Source of the DNA: an uncultured virus (IMG/VR IMGVR_UViG_3300032288_004103)
Taxonomy: Duplodnaviria; Heunggongvirae; Uroviricota; Caudoviricetes
DNA: 54,456 bases
Virus record (IMG/VR): IMGVR_UViG_3300032288_004103
Strand: one strand, 5' to 3'
Below, piece after piece: positions 28,999 through 38,599 of the stretch; position 1 is the first letter of the stretch, and each line of letters opens with the position of its first letter. Both the position numbers and the translations under genes were made by a program. The notes below the pieces were generated by a model. That model saw nothing but the letters and a program-made list of their open reading frames with translations. It was not told the DNA's origin and did not search any database.

Positions 28999-29913
28999 AT
29001 GCAAATTTTAAAAGAGCTATCAGTTTTTAACAATATAAAATATTATGATGAACCACATTCCTATTTTATTAATGGTGTTAAAACAATATCTTGTACTGGA
29101 TTAATTCATAAATTTGAGGAGGAGTTTGAGGATGGTATTTTAAAACCTGATAGGTGGGCGGAAAAACAAGGACATATATATGTTGCAAAAAGTATGGCGG
29201 ACAGATATGCCAATAAACAAAATTACTACCCAATGGAGTCAGATCCATACGGTAGACCTGATTACTCAAACCCCAAACCCAAAGAGTTATGGGTTACCGA
29301 AGAACAAATTCAATCTGAATGGAGGTATAAAAATATACATGCCACATACGAAGGGTCCACATTACATGATTATATAGAAAATTATATTAGTAATAAAATT
29401 AAACCTGAACCTAAAATAAGTCCTGAAGGTTTATTATTTGAAGAAATAGAGGAAACATATAATATAATGAAAGGATATTTTCATAATTTTTATAATGATA
29501 CTATTGCTCAAGGAAAACTAATACCAGTTAAATCGGAATTAGTTGTTGGTGATGAGGAATTGATGTTGTGTGGGATGGTTGATCAAATTTTTTGGAATGT
29601 GAAATACCAATGCCTACAAATATGGGACTGGAAAACAAATACAGCATTAAGATTTTTTAATGAATTTGGTAATAAGATGAAATATTGTTTATCTGATTTA
29701 GATGTTTGTGAATTTAACACGTATTCATTACAGTTAAATGTCTATAAAAAAATTATTGAGAGAAATACTAATTTGAGGTTTGGTGATTGTTATATTGTAT
29801 GGTATAATGAAGAGAACCCAAATTACGAAATTATCAAGTGTGAAGACTATAGTCATTACGTAGACTTAATGTTTAACAAGTTAATGACAGAAAGAGAAAT
29901 ATTATTTAAATAA
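28999..29913 (+). CDS. PD-(D/E)XK exonuclease (RecB/Cas4-like phage exonuclease)
   Basis: GSTLHDYIE, SELVV, GMVDQIF, IWDWKT and YSLQLNVY motifs. Confidence 0.8.
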   Translation: MQILKELSVFNNIKYYDEPHSYFINGVKTISCTGLIHKFEEEFEDGILKPDRWAEKQGHIYVAKSMADRYANKQNYYPMESDPYGRPDYSNPKPKELWVTEEQIQSEWRYKNIHATYEGSTLHDYIENYISNKIKPEPKISPEGLLFEEIEETYNIMKGYFHNFYNDTIAQGKLIPVKSELVVGDEELMLCGMVDQIFWNVKYQCLQIWDWKTNTALRFFNEFGNKMKYCLSDLDVCEFNTYSLQLNVYKKIIERNTNLRFGDCYIVWYNEENPNYEIIKCEDYSHYVDLMFNKLMTEREILFK

Positions 29914-29915
29914 TA

Positions 29916-29947
29916 TTTGTTTTACCAATAAAAAATACTTAATTTTG
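29916..29947 (+). promoter_or_regulatory. Bacteroidetes-type sigma70 promoter
   Basis: TTTG(29916-19)-N20-TAATTTTG(29940-47); the ATG follows 4 nt later. Confidence 0.55.
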
Positions 29948-29951
29948 TATT

Positions 29952-30770
29952 ATGATTAAAAAATTATTCCACATTGCGGATTTACATTTTAGAACTTTTA
30001 AAAGGTTAGATGAATCTGAAGAAGTCTGTAAAAAATTTATTGACGAAGTAGTAAATTACAAAAAAGAAAATAATCTATCATTTGAAGAATGTAGAATTGT
30101 TATTGTTGGGGATATAGTACACCAAAAGATAACTATCTCTAATGAATTATTTGCATTAATAACTTGGTTTTTAAATGAATGTAGTAAACAATGTCCTGTA
30201 GTTATAATTGCAGGTAATCACGATTTATTAGAGAATAATAAAGATAGGTTAGATAGTATTACACCAATAATTAACGCAATAAATAACGATAACATTTCTT
30301 ACTATAAAGAGAGTAAGTGCTATTTGGATGATAATATTGTTTGGTGTGTTTATTCTATTTTTGAAGAAAATGAAAAACCAGATATTGATAGTAGTAGGAA
30401 AACAATTATTGGTGATAAAAAATATATAGGTTTATATCACGCACCTGTTACTGGAGCAATAACATCCATTGGTTTTGAGTTTGAAGATAGTACGGACCTA
30501 TCCCAATTTGATGGTTGTGACGCAGTTTTAATGGGAGACATTCATCATAGACAAAATTTCAAATATAAAGACATTAATATAACTTATTGTGGTAGTCTAA
30601 TACAACAAGATTTTGGGGAAAGAATAAGTAATCATGGTTTTTTAGTTTGGGATGTAGAAACTTTAACCTACACAGAACACAATATTGAAAGTGATTATGG
30701 TTATTATGTTTTTAGGATTGATTCTTTAGACGATATTGATAACGAAAGAGAGTATATAACAAATTTATAA
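29952..30770 (+). CDS. sbcD: SbcD/Mre11/gp47-like metallophosphoesterase nuclease
   Basis: HIADLH, GDIVH, AGNHD, MGDIHH and YCGS motifs. Confidence 0.9.
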   Translation: MIKKLFHIADLHFRTFKRLDESEEVCKKFIDEVVNYKKENNLSFEECRIVIVGDIVHQKITISNELFALITWFLNECSKQCPVVIIAGNHDLLENNKDRLDSITPIINAINNDNISYYKESKCYLDDNIVWCVYSIFEENEKPDIDSSRKTIIGDKKYIGLYHAPVTGAITSIGFEFEDSTDLSQFDGCDAVLMGDIHHRQNFKYKDINITYCGSLIQQDFGERISNHGFLVWDVETLTYTEHNIESDYGYYVFRIDSLDDIDNEREYITNL

Positions 30771-31333
30771 TGGAAATCCCTAAAAAATTAAAAGACGAAA
30801 TATGGGAATATTGTCGTTTAAATAACATTTCTAATATAGACGAGTTTATTACTAGAATGGTAAGACAGGGGTATACCATAGAAAAATATGGATCAACCCC
30901 AATAGGTAGTGGTGAAATAACAGAGGTAGAAAAAATAGTAGAAAAGATTGTTGAAGTACCTGTAGAAAAAATTGTTGATAGGGTTATTGAGATACCCGTA
31001 GAAAAGATAGTTGAGAAAGAGATTTATATAACTGACGATGAACAAGTAAAAAATCTAACACAAAAAATTTCTATTATAGAGAATGATTTAGAATTAGAAA
31101 AACAAAAATTTTCCACTATAATATCTGAAATGGAAAATAATTTCCAACAAGAAAAAGATGACACTTCAAAAGAACATAATCTAAAAATTTCCGATTTAAA
31201 TAATAAAATTTTACAATTAGAATCAGAAATAAAAAAATTGACTGAAGAGAAAGAATCTAAAAAAAATAAAACCGACATCTATGGTGAAGATAAAAAAGGT
31301 GGTTGGTTCGGATCAAATTTAATGAGAAAGTAA
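30770..31333 (+). CDS. Coiled-coil protein with VEKIVE repeats
   Basis: EVEKIVEKIVEVPVEKIVDRVIEIPVEKIVEKE followed by a heptad-rich region. Confidence 0.7.
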   Translation: MEIPKKLKDEIWEYCRLNNISNIDEFITRMVRQGYTIEKYGSTPIGSGEITEVEKIVEKIVEVPVEKIVDRVIEIPVEKIVEKEIYITDDEQVKNLTQKISIIENDLELEKQKFSTIISEMENNFQQEKDDTSKEHNLKISDLNNKILQLESEIKKLTEEKESKKNKTDIYGEDKKGGWFGSNLMRK

Positions 31334-31334
31334 T

Positions 31335-33698
31335 ATGGAAATGACAGTAACAAAAATTGATTTACCTCAAAAAGCTCATATAAGAGTGGATTGGAAAGGT
31401 TACCCTGAAGAAAGAACTATAGAATCAGTTAATAGGGTTAAAACATATTTTTCAGAAAAATATAAAGTACCTAAAGGTTTAATTAAAATTAATTTTATAC
31501 CTATTTTAAAAAATAGTGCTGGTAAAGTTATAGATATAACCGATGGTTTAATAGATAATATTATGGACACTGCTTACCAAAGAAGTTTATTTGTAGAGTG
31601 GTTAAAACTTAATGAGGTATCTATTGATTATGAAAAATTATGTAGATTGGATGATAAGATAAATGAAGTAATAGTTAATGGCGAAGAAGAAGATATTAGA
31701 TACAGGAGATGGAGTATAAAAAAATTATGGTTAGATAACTTTTTATCTTTTGGTAATAATAATGATATTAATTATAAAAGTCTTAATGGGTTAACAGTAG
31801 TTAATTCAATACCCGCAAATCAAGGAGGTAAAACTATTTTTACTATTGATTCATTATTATTTTTATTTTTTGGGAAAACCACCAAAACTGAAGTTGTATC
31901 AGAAATTTTTAATACATTTAATGATAAGGATAATGTGTTAGTAGGTGGTCACATAGAAATTGATGGTGATGAATATATTATAGAAAGAAGTCTAAGTAGA
32001 AAAATGTCTAAGTCTGGTGAATATAAAGTTACTACTTCATTAGATTTTTCTAGAATTTTATCTGACGGTATAAAAGAAAATTTGGAGGGTGAACAAAGAA
32101 GAGAAACTGATAAATTGATTGCAGATACAATTGGAACTTATGATGATTTTATGTTAACTATAGTTGCAACCGCAAAGAATTTAGAAGATTTGATAGAAAC
32201 TAAACCAACACAAAGGGGTAGATTACTTACAAAATTTATAGGGTTAGAAATTATTGAGAAGAAAGAGGAAATCAATAAAACAATGATGTCCGATTTTAAA
32301 AGTAAAATGAAATCTAATTTATATAACACAAAACAATTAGAAATCGATAATGAAGAATACCAAAGGATTATTGGTGAGAATAGAATTGAAATTAAAAATG
32401 AAGAAAGTGTTTTAAATAACACTATAGAAAAGATAAAAGATGCGACAACAAAAAAAGAAGACTTGTTGGGTAAACGTTATGTAATTGATGAGGATATAAT
32501 TAAAGTTAATCCAGATACTTTAAAAACCGAAATTAATGATTTAGTTAACGTAGGTAAAAATCTAAACGAAAAATTAGAATCCATAAAGAAAGAAATAGAA
32601 TCTTTACCTAAATTTTCTTATGATGAACAAGAACATGAAGATTTAAGGGATGAAGAAAAAAGAATTCTAATATTTAAAAATAACATTGAATCTGATATTA
32701 AAAATTTAGAAAAAACAATATTAAACCTAAAAGAAGGTGAGATATGTCCTACATGTAAAAGATCGTTAGAAGATGTTGATCATACTTCTGAAATTAAAGA
32801 AAATGAAAATTCTTTAGAAATTAAAAAAACTCAGTTAGTCAACATTGAAAGTTCTTTAACTAAGATAAAAAATAATTTAACTAAGTTATCTGAGGAGAAA
32901 AAAAATTCAGATTTGTATGATAGATTAACAATGTCTAAAGATAAAACAGATATTGAGATAGATAGGATGAGGGTAGATTATAAACAAAAAAATAATTTAC
33001 TTAAAGATTATGAAAAAAATTCTTCATTCATTGAAGAAAACAGACAATTGGAAAGTAAAATTTTAGGGTATAATCAATTAATATTGACTTTAGAAGTAGA
33101 AAGAGATAATAGTAGAACTAAGATACAAAATTTAAATAATGATATAACTTTAAAAGAAAACACAATTGTAGAGAATAATAAACTTATTGAAGTTATTCGA
33201 AAAGAAGAAGAAGTTCTTAAAATATTTGAGGTTTATGGTAAAATGATTGGTAAAAACGGAATCTCAAAATTAGTATTATCTTCTGTCATACCAATAATAA
33301 ATTATGAACTAACTAGACTTTTAGATGAGGTATGTGATTTTGAAATACAATTAGAAATTAATGATAAAAATGAAGTTGACTTCTTATTAATCAAAAATGA
33401 TGTTATTAAGAAGTTAAGGACTGGATCGGGATTGGAAACTACCTTAGCTTCATTAGCTTTACGTTCCGTTTTAGGTAGAATATCTACGTTACCAAAACCA
33501 AATGTAATTGTTTTTGATGAGGTTTTAGGTAAGGTTGCAAACATTAATTTAGATCAAGTTAAGATATTTTTTGATAAGATTAAGAAAATGTATGAAATAA
33601 TTTTATTGATTAGTCATAATCCATTAGTACAAGATTGGGCTGACAAAATAGTAACAGTAGAGAAAATTGATGACATTTCTACTTTGCAAATTAAGTAA
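31335..33698 (+). CDS. sbcC: SbcC/Rad50/gp46-like SMC ATPase
   Basis: DNFLSFG, Walker A-like NQGGKT, CPTC zinc hook within a long coiled coil, GSGLE signature, VIVFDEV Walker B and ISH switch. Confidence 0.9.
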   Translation: MEMTVTKIDLPQKAHIRVDWKGYPEERTIESVNRVKTYFSEKYKVPKGLIKINFIPILKNSAGKVIDITDGLIDNIMDTAYQRSLFVEWLKLNEVSIDYEKLCRLDDKINEVIVNGEEEDIRYRRWSIKKLWLDNFLSFGNNNDINYKSLNGLTVVNSIPANQGGKTIFTIDSLLFLFFGKTTKTEVVSEIFNTFNDKDNVLVGGHIEIDGDEYIIERSLSRKMSKSGEYKVTTSLDFSRILSDGIKENLEGEQRRETDKLIADTIGTYDDFMLTIVATAKNLEDLIETKPTQRGRLLTKFIGLEIIEKKEEINKTMMSDFKSKMKSNLYNTKQLEIDNEEYQRIIGENRIEIKNEESVLNNTIEKIKDATTKKEDLLGKRYVIDEDIIKVNPDTLKTEINDLVNVGKNLNEKLESIKKEIESLPKFSYDEQEHEDLRDEEKRILIFKNNIESDIKNLEKTILNLKEGEICPTCKRSLEDVDHTSEIKENENSLEIKKTQLVNIESSLTKIKNNLTKLSEEKKNSDLYDRLTMSKDKTDIEIDRMRVDYKQKNNLLKDYEKNSSFIEENRQLESKILGYNQLILTLEVERDNSRTKIQNLNNDITLKENTIVENNKLIEVIRKEEEVLKIFEVYGKMIGKNGISKLVLSSVIPIINYELTRLLDEVCDFEIQLEINDKNEVDFLLIKNDVIKKLRTGSGLETTLASLALRSVLGRISTLPKPNVIVFDEVLGKVANINLDQVKIFFDKIKKMYEIILLISHNPLVQDWADKIVTVEKIDDISTLQIK

Positions 33699-33713
33699 TT
33701 TTTATTATTTTTG
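33683..33713 (+). promoter_or_regulatory. Bacteroidetes-type sigma70 promoter
   Basis: TTTG(33683-86)-N19-TATTTTTG(33706-13), upstream of the UVR-motif and sigma genes. Confidence 0.55.
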
Positions 33714-33758
33714 TCATATATTTTAAAATAGTATATTTTTTGTTAAAAAATAAACCTT

Positions 33759-34238
33759 ATGAGTAAAAATTTTTTAAGAAGCTATTGTATTATAGGTATT
33801 AATAGCGTAGAAGAACTAAAAGAAGATTTAACTGTTATATCTGAAACAAATGTTAACTATGTTAGTGGAGATGGTTTAATGATAGCGACTTTTAAAAGTA
33901 CTTTTAATATTAATGAAATTGATGAGTTACTTAAATTAAGTAAAAAATCTTTTATAATATTTGAAATGACTCCAGGTTTTTATTCTGCAAATTTACAAGA
34001 CGAAGGATTTCAGCAAGCATTATTTGGGGAACATTTAAATTTAAAATTCCCATTTTTAAAAATGGATGAAGAATTAAAAAACATTAAAAATGACATAAGT
34101 AATGTTTTTGATGAAATAAGTGTTAACATTTATAAAAACTTTACGTCTAAGAGTGACGAAGAATTATTAAAAGAGGCTTTAGAAAATGAAGATTACGAAG
34201 CAGCAGCAAAATTAAGAGATAAATTAAAAAACAAATAA
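33759..34238 (+). CDS. Protein with C-terminal UvrB/UvrC (UVR) motif
   Basis: LLKEALENEDYEAAAKLRDKL. Confidence 0.7.
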   Translation: MSKNFLRSYCIIGINSVEELKEDLTVISETNVNYVSGDGLMIATFKSTFNINEIDELLKLSKKSFIIFEMTPGFYSANLQDEGFQQALFGEHLNLKFPFLKMDEELKNIKNDISNVFDEISVNIYKNFTSKSDEELLKEALENEDYEAAAKLRDKLKNK

Positions 34239-34243
34239 AAAGT

Positions 34244-35041
34244 ATGGTAAACAAATTTATAGATTTAACAGAAGATTCAATAAGTTTATATTTAAAAGAT
34301 GTCAGAAAATCAGATTTATTAACAATAGACGAAGAAGTAGAATTAGCAAAAAGAATTAAACAGGGTGACGAAAAAGCCTTAAATAAATTAGTAACTTCAA
34401 ATCTAAGATTTGTAATTAAAATTGCTAAAGAGTATCAAAATCAAGGATTACCTATATCGGATTTAATATCTGAAGGTAATTATGGATTAATTACTGCAGC
34501 TAAAAAATTCGATCACACTAAAGGTTTTAGATTTATTTCTTATGCGATATGGTGGATTAAACAATCTATATTACAATCATTGAATGATAATTCCAGAACT
34601 GTAAGATTACCTGGTAATATGATTAATAAATTATCTAAAATTAAAAAACAAATAGAATTATTTGAAAAAGAAAATCAAGGAGATTCCCACTTAAATGAAA
34701 TAGAACAGATAGTAACTCCTACATGTGTCTCATTCAATACTGTTATCAACGAAGATGGAGATGAAATGATTAACTTATTAGAAAATGATTTTTTTAATAG
34801 TCCCGATACATTTACCGAAGAAGAAGATTATCTCAAAAAAAGAGAAATGGGTAGAGCTTTAAAAGGTTTATCTAAAAGAGAAATAGAAATAATTAATTGT
34901 TATTACGGTATAAATGGTGAACCTATGACTTTGGAGATGATAGGTGAAGAAGTAGAGTTAACTAAAGAAAGAGTTCGACAAATAAAAGAAAGTGCGATTA
35001 GAAAAATAAGAAATAATTTAGGTGGAATATTTAATATATAG
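34244..35041 (+). CDS. rpoD: RNA polymerase sigma70 factor, Bacteroidetes primary-sigma-like (no region 1.1)
   Basis: SLYLKDV..LLT.DEEVELAKRIKQGD, NLRFVIKIAKEYQNQG, DLISEGNYGL, GFRFISYAIWWIKQSI, RTVRLP and region 4 MTLEMIG..LTKERVRQIKE. Confidence 0.9.
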   Translation: MVNKFIDLTEDSISLYLKDVRKSDLLTIDEEVELAKRIKQGDEKALNKLVTSNLRFVIKIAKEYQNQGLPISDLISEGNYGLITAAKKFDHTKGFRFISYAIWWIKQSILQSLNDNSRTVRLPGNMINKLSKIKKQIELFEKENQGDSHLNEIEQIVTPTCVSFNTVINEDGDEMINLLENDFFNSPDTFTEEEDYLKKREMGRALKGLSKREIEIINCYYGINGEPMTLEMIGEEVELTKERVRQIKESAIRKIRNNLGGIFNI

Positions 35042-35101
35042 TAAGATACATTAATATTTACTTTTTAAATTTAAATAATTATAATATAAAAAATTAAAAA
35101 T

Positions 35102-35431
35102 ATGAAAAATTTTATAGACTTTGTAAAAAAATATAAGATTCATATCTTATCTTCATTATTATTTATTTTCTTTTTCCGTTCTTGCATAAATTCAGGACGG
35201 GTTAAAAAATTAGAAAAATCTAAGGTTGAAAGTAGTAAAACTATAGATAGTCTTAAATCAGTTATTACTGGACAAAAAGATACTATTAACAATATATCAG
35301 AAGTTATACGTTTAGAAAAAATAAAAGTCCATAACGAATATGATAATTTCATTTCCTCAAAAGATAGAGGAGAACAATTAATGGAACTACATATGATAGT
35401 AAAAGATAATATTAAAAAACTACAAAAATGA
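35102..35431 (+). CDS. Small membrane-anchored protein with coiled coil
   Basis: Hydrophobic ILSSLLFIFFF followed by RSC, then heptads. Confidence 0.6.
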   Translation: MKNFIDFVKKYKIHILSSLLFIFFFRSCINSGRVKKLEKSKVESSKTIDSLKSVITGQKDTINNISEVIRLEKIKVHNEYDNFISSKDRGEQLMELHMIVKDNIKKLQK

Positions 35432-36378
35432 TTAAACTTTGGAATTGGATTAAGAGTAATCCAAACAGATCAATGTTTTTAATACCAATATTATTGGTGG
35501 CTGGTATTTCTATTTCTCACGTAGTTACTTGGTATGATATGGCAAATCCAATAAATTGGGCAATATACTTGTCAATAGCAATTGAGGTTGGTGCGATAAC
35601 AGCTTTAGTTGCTGCGACTAACAGAATAAAAGGTGGTATATGGTTTATGTTTGGTTTGGTTACTTTTATACAAATGATAGGTAACATTTTTTATTCATAT
35701 AAAGAAATAGATGCTAATGGTGAGTTGTTTAAATCTTGGGTAGAGTTAACTGGGCCAATATGGGAATTAATGGGTACTGAAATAACTGATGTAGTAGGAA
35801 TTAAAAGATGGTTAGCATTTTTAGAAGGTGGATTATTACCAATTATATCATTAACATCATTACACTTTTTTGTTAAATATGAAGACTCTAATTCTTTAAA
35901 AGAAGAAAAAAGTGATAACATAAAGGAAGATGATTATTTCTATAAGGAATGGGATGTAACTATGAACGATGGTTTAGAAGATGAACCATATGAAGAAAAA
36001 ACACATTGGCAAAAAGAAGCGGAAAGAGTTTGGAAAGATGTTGAAAGAAGAAAGGAATCTGGTGAAATATACGAACCTACTGCAGAAGAATTGGCAGATG
36101 AACCAACAGCATTAGCAAATTCAGGGTATAGAGAACGTGCGGAAATGTCTAATTTTGAAGAAGATTATGAAGATGATTACACTATAGATGATGAAATTGT
36201 TGAATCTTATATGACTAATAGTGTTGATACAAAAAATTTGACGGAAGAAAATGATAAAGACGATGAAATTATTCACCCATCACCGAATGAATTGTTAGAG
36301 AATGCATTAAAAAGGTATAAAGAGTCTAAAGAAGCCCCTTTAAAAAATAAAAGAAGTGATATTAAACGTATAAATTAA
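35428..36378 (+). CDS. Multi-pass membrane protein with acidic C-terminal tail
   Basis: About 4 hydrophobic segments in the first ~150 aa. Confidence 0.65.
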   Translation: MIKLWNWIKSNPNRSMFLIPILLVAGISISHVVTWYDMANPINWAIYLSIAIEVGAITALVAATNRIKGGIWFMFGLVTFIQMIGNIFYSYKEIDANGELFKSWVELTGPIWELMGTEITDVVGIKRWLAFLEGGLLPIISLTSLHFFVKYEDSNSLKEEKSDNIKEDDYFYKEWDVTMNDGLEDEPYEEKTHWQKEAERVWKDVERRKESGEIYEPTAEELADEPTALANSGYRERAEMSNFEEDYEDDYTIDDEIVESYMTNSVDTKNLTEENDKDDEIIHPSPNELLENALKRYKESKEAPLKNKRSDIKRIN

Positions 36379-36986
36379 TGAACATCGACTTAGAAAAATA
36401 TGAGTTAGATGAAAATAATTTTTATAAAACGGAGTTTAATAAAAGACAAATTGTATTAGGTAATTCTTTTTCAGAAAAAGATTACCATATAAGAGGATGG
36501 AAAACTAGAAATGGTGGAGAGTATAGAAAAACCTCCACCTTTACTATTTTTAAGGACGGCAAAATATATCAACACTTTAACCCAAAAATGTATTCTGATT
36601 TTTTAAATAATAAATTATTTGATAAAAAAATCATATCTATTGTTTTAGAAAATCAAGGTTGGTTACAAAAAGATTTATTAACTAATGAGTATTTTAATTG
36701 GGTAGGTAATATTTATAATAAGAATAAAGATGTCTTTGAAAAAAGATGGCGTGGATTTACATATTGGGATTCTTATAGTAAAAAACAAATTAATTCTTGC
36801 GCTAATTTAGTAAAACATCTTTGTGAAGAGTACAATATACCAAAAAAATGTGTTGGACATAATACATATATTGATGGTGTTGAGTATTTTGAAGGTATTG
36901 TTTATCGTAGTAATTACCATAAAGAATGTACTGATTTAAATCCAAGTTGGGATTTTAAAAAATTTAAAGAACTAATTGAAAATTAA
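36378..36986 (+). CDS. Amidase_2-like (N-acetylmuramoyl-L-alanine amidase fold), probably degenerate
   Basis: FTIFKDGKIYQ, ISIVLEN.G, YSKKQI..LVKHLC..YNIP, VGH and DLNP; the first HHT motif is replaced by GNS. Confidence 0.65.
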   Translation: MNIDLEKYELDENNFYKTEFNKRQIVLGNSFSEKDYHIRGWKTRNGGEYRKTSTFTIFKDGKIYQHFNPKMYSDFLNNKLFDKKIISIVLENQGWLQKDLLTNEYFNWVGNIYNKNKDVFEKRWRGFTYWDSYSKKQINSCANLVKHLCEEYNIPKKCVGHNTYIDGVEYFEGIVYRSNYHKECTDLNPSWDFKKFKELIEN

Positions 36987-36996
36987 AAACAAAAAA

Positions 36997-37509
36997 ATGA
37001 GTGAACACGATGTAACTAAAAAAATGTTAGAATTAATCAGAGAATCTGAAAGAAGAACTATAAATAAAAAATCTAAATTATTAAAAGAGGCGGATGAATC
37101 TAAAGAAGATAAAGATTTAGAAGCCACTGAACTTTCTGAAGAAGAAAAAAAGTTTAGAGACACAGTTTCACCTAGAGTTAAATTTAATAGATTTAGATTA
37201 TATCCTAAAGCACAAAATGTAGAATTTAGTGGACAATTTACTGACAATAACGTTGAGTGGTTTTATTCTTTGGATGATACTAGAGGTGTTTATATTACTG
37301 CAGATTTATTACAATTAAATGATCAAACTTTAAAACAAATTCAAAAGTTAGTTGCGTATTATGAAACTTGGGCAAATGAATGGGCAACCAAAATTGCTGA
37401 AGAATATAATAATGAGAATAAAGATGAAGAAAACGCTGAAAAGGGACCTGAAAATTTAGAAGCTTCTGAAACAGAAGAAGGTGAAGATGAATTAGGTGGT
37501 GAACTATAA
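36997..37509 (+). CDS. Hypothetical protein with an acidic tail and LIRE/LLKE leader
   Basis: ATG at 36997 is preferred over TTG at 36976. Confidence 0.6.
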   Translation: MSEHDVTKKMLELIRESERRTINKKSKLLKEADESKEDKDLEATELSEEEKKFRDTVSPRVKFNRFRLYPKAQNVEFSGQFTDNNVEWFYSLDDTRGVYITADLLQLNDQTLKQIQKLVAYYETWANEWATKIAEEYNNENKDEENAEKGPENLEASETEEGEDELGGEL

Positions 37510-38294
37510 TGAAAAATATTAAAGACATATTAATTTTATCACTATCTATTGTAATAATAGTTTTATTAGTATTTGGTTGGATTAGATATAATCAGATGCA
37601 AAAAAAATTGTATGATGAAATACACAGTGCTAATAAGACAATTATTGGTATGGACAAACTAAAAAAGGAAGATGATGGACAATATTCAAAACTTGTTAAT
37701 TACTTCAACTCCCAAAAAGATTTAAACAATCAATTAAAAGAACAAAATAAAGAATTGTATAATTTAATCAAAAAACAAGATGAAAGACTTTTAATGATAA
37801 ATAATACAATTATTACGTTAAGAGATGAAGTTACTGAAGGATTTGGGTCAATTAATAAAGATGATACTAATAGAATAGATTTAAAATTACAATATCCAGA
37901 CGCCAAAAATAGTTTTATCACATGGAATGGATTTGTAAATAGAAAGACAGCATTTTATAGAGGTGAGTTTTCTTTTGGTAAGTTACCATTACAAATAGTA
38001 ATGACTGAAACTGATAGAGGTATATGGAAATCTAGATTAATTGGACCAGAATGGTTAATTGTTGACTCTATGGAAATTAATAGTTTACCTTTACCTACAC
38101 CAGAAAAACAAAGTTATTTTAGTTTATTATTTGGGGCGGGATACCAAAAAAGTTTTAATACTTCTATTACAGACGCACTTTCTTTAGGTTTTGGGGCACA
38201 ATATAAAAAACACATATTATTGTTAGATATTAATAGTAATAAACAAGTGGGGTTAAAATATCTTTATAGAGTAGAGAATTTTAATAAAAAATAA
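37509..38294 (+). CDS. Membrane-anchored coiled-coil protein with C-terminal amphipathic beta strands (spanin-like?)
   Basis: N-terminal TM, coiled coil and terminal FGAGYQ...LGFGAQY...VGLKYLY strands. Confidence 0.5.
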   Translation: MKNIKDILILSLSIVIIVLLVFGWIRYNQMQKKLYDEIHSANKTIIGMDKLKKEDDGQYSKLVNYFNSQKDLNNQLKEQNKELYNLIKKQDERLLMINNTIITLRDEVTEGFGSINKDDTNRIDLKLQYPDAKNSFITWNGFVNRKTAFYRGEFSFGKLPLQIVMTETDRGIWKSRLIGPEWLIVDSMEINSLPLPTPEKQSYFSLLFGAGYQKSFNTSITDALSLGFGAQYKKHILLLDINSNKQVGLKYLYRVENFNKK

Positions 38295-38316
38295 TCACAA
38301 CTTTTATTTTTTTTTA

Positions 38317-38324
38317 ATATTTAT
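38317..38324 (+). promoter_or_regulatory. ATATTTAT putative late promoter core
   Basis: Intergenic, upstream of 38339. Confidence 0.5.
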
Positions 38325-38338
38325 ATAATAAACTTTAT

Positions 38339-38599
38339 ATGAATAATAATCGCCTGAGAAATATTATTAATGAAACATTATCTAAAACAGATGAAAATCA
38401 AATTGGGGTAATGATAAGAAAAGAAATAAAAAAAGCTTTTGGTGATGATTTGGAAAAAAAAGTTTTAGATATTGTTAAAAAAGAACTTAAAGGTAAAAAA
38501 TTAAGAAATGATATTCTTGAAATAAATAAAGATGTATTAGTCCAATTATATAAAGAATTATGGATTAAAAGACAATTTTGGTTAAACTCAATAAAATGA
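38339..38599 (+). CDS. Small hypothetical protein (leader ...NIINE)
   Basis: 86 aa; ATGA overlap with the next gene. Confidence 0.6.
   Translation: MNNNRLRNIINETLSKTDENQIGVMIRKEIKKAFGDDLEKKVLDIVKKELKGKKLRNDILEINKDVLVQLYKELWIKRQFWLNSIK

Noticed and set aside
28999..29913. Cas4 / CRISPR adaptation gene
   Set aside because: The four-Cys Fe-S arrangement is not evident and there are no cas genes or array; the replication context favours a phage exonuclease.
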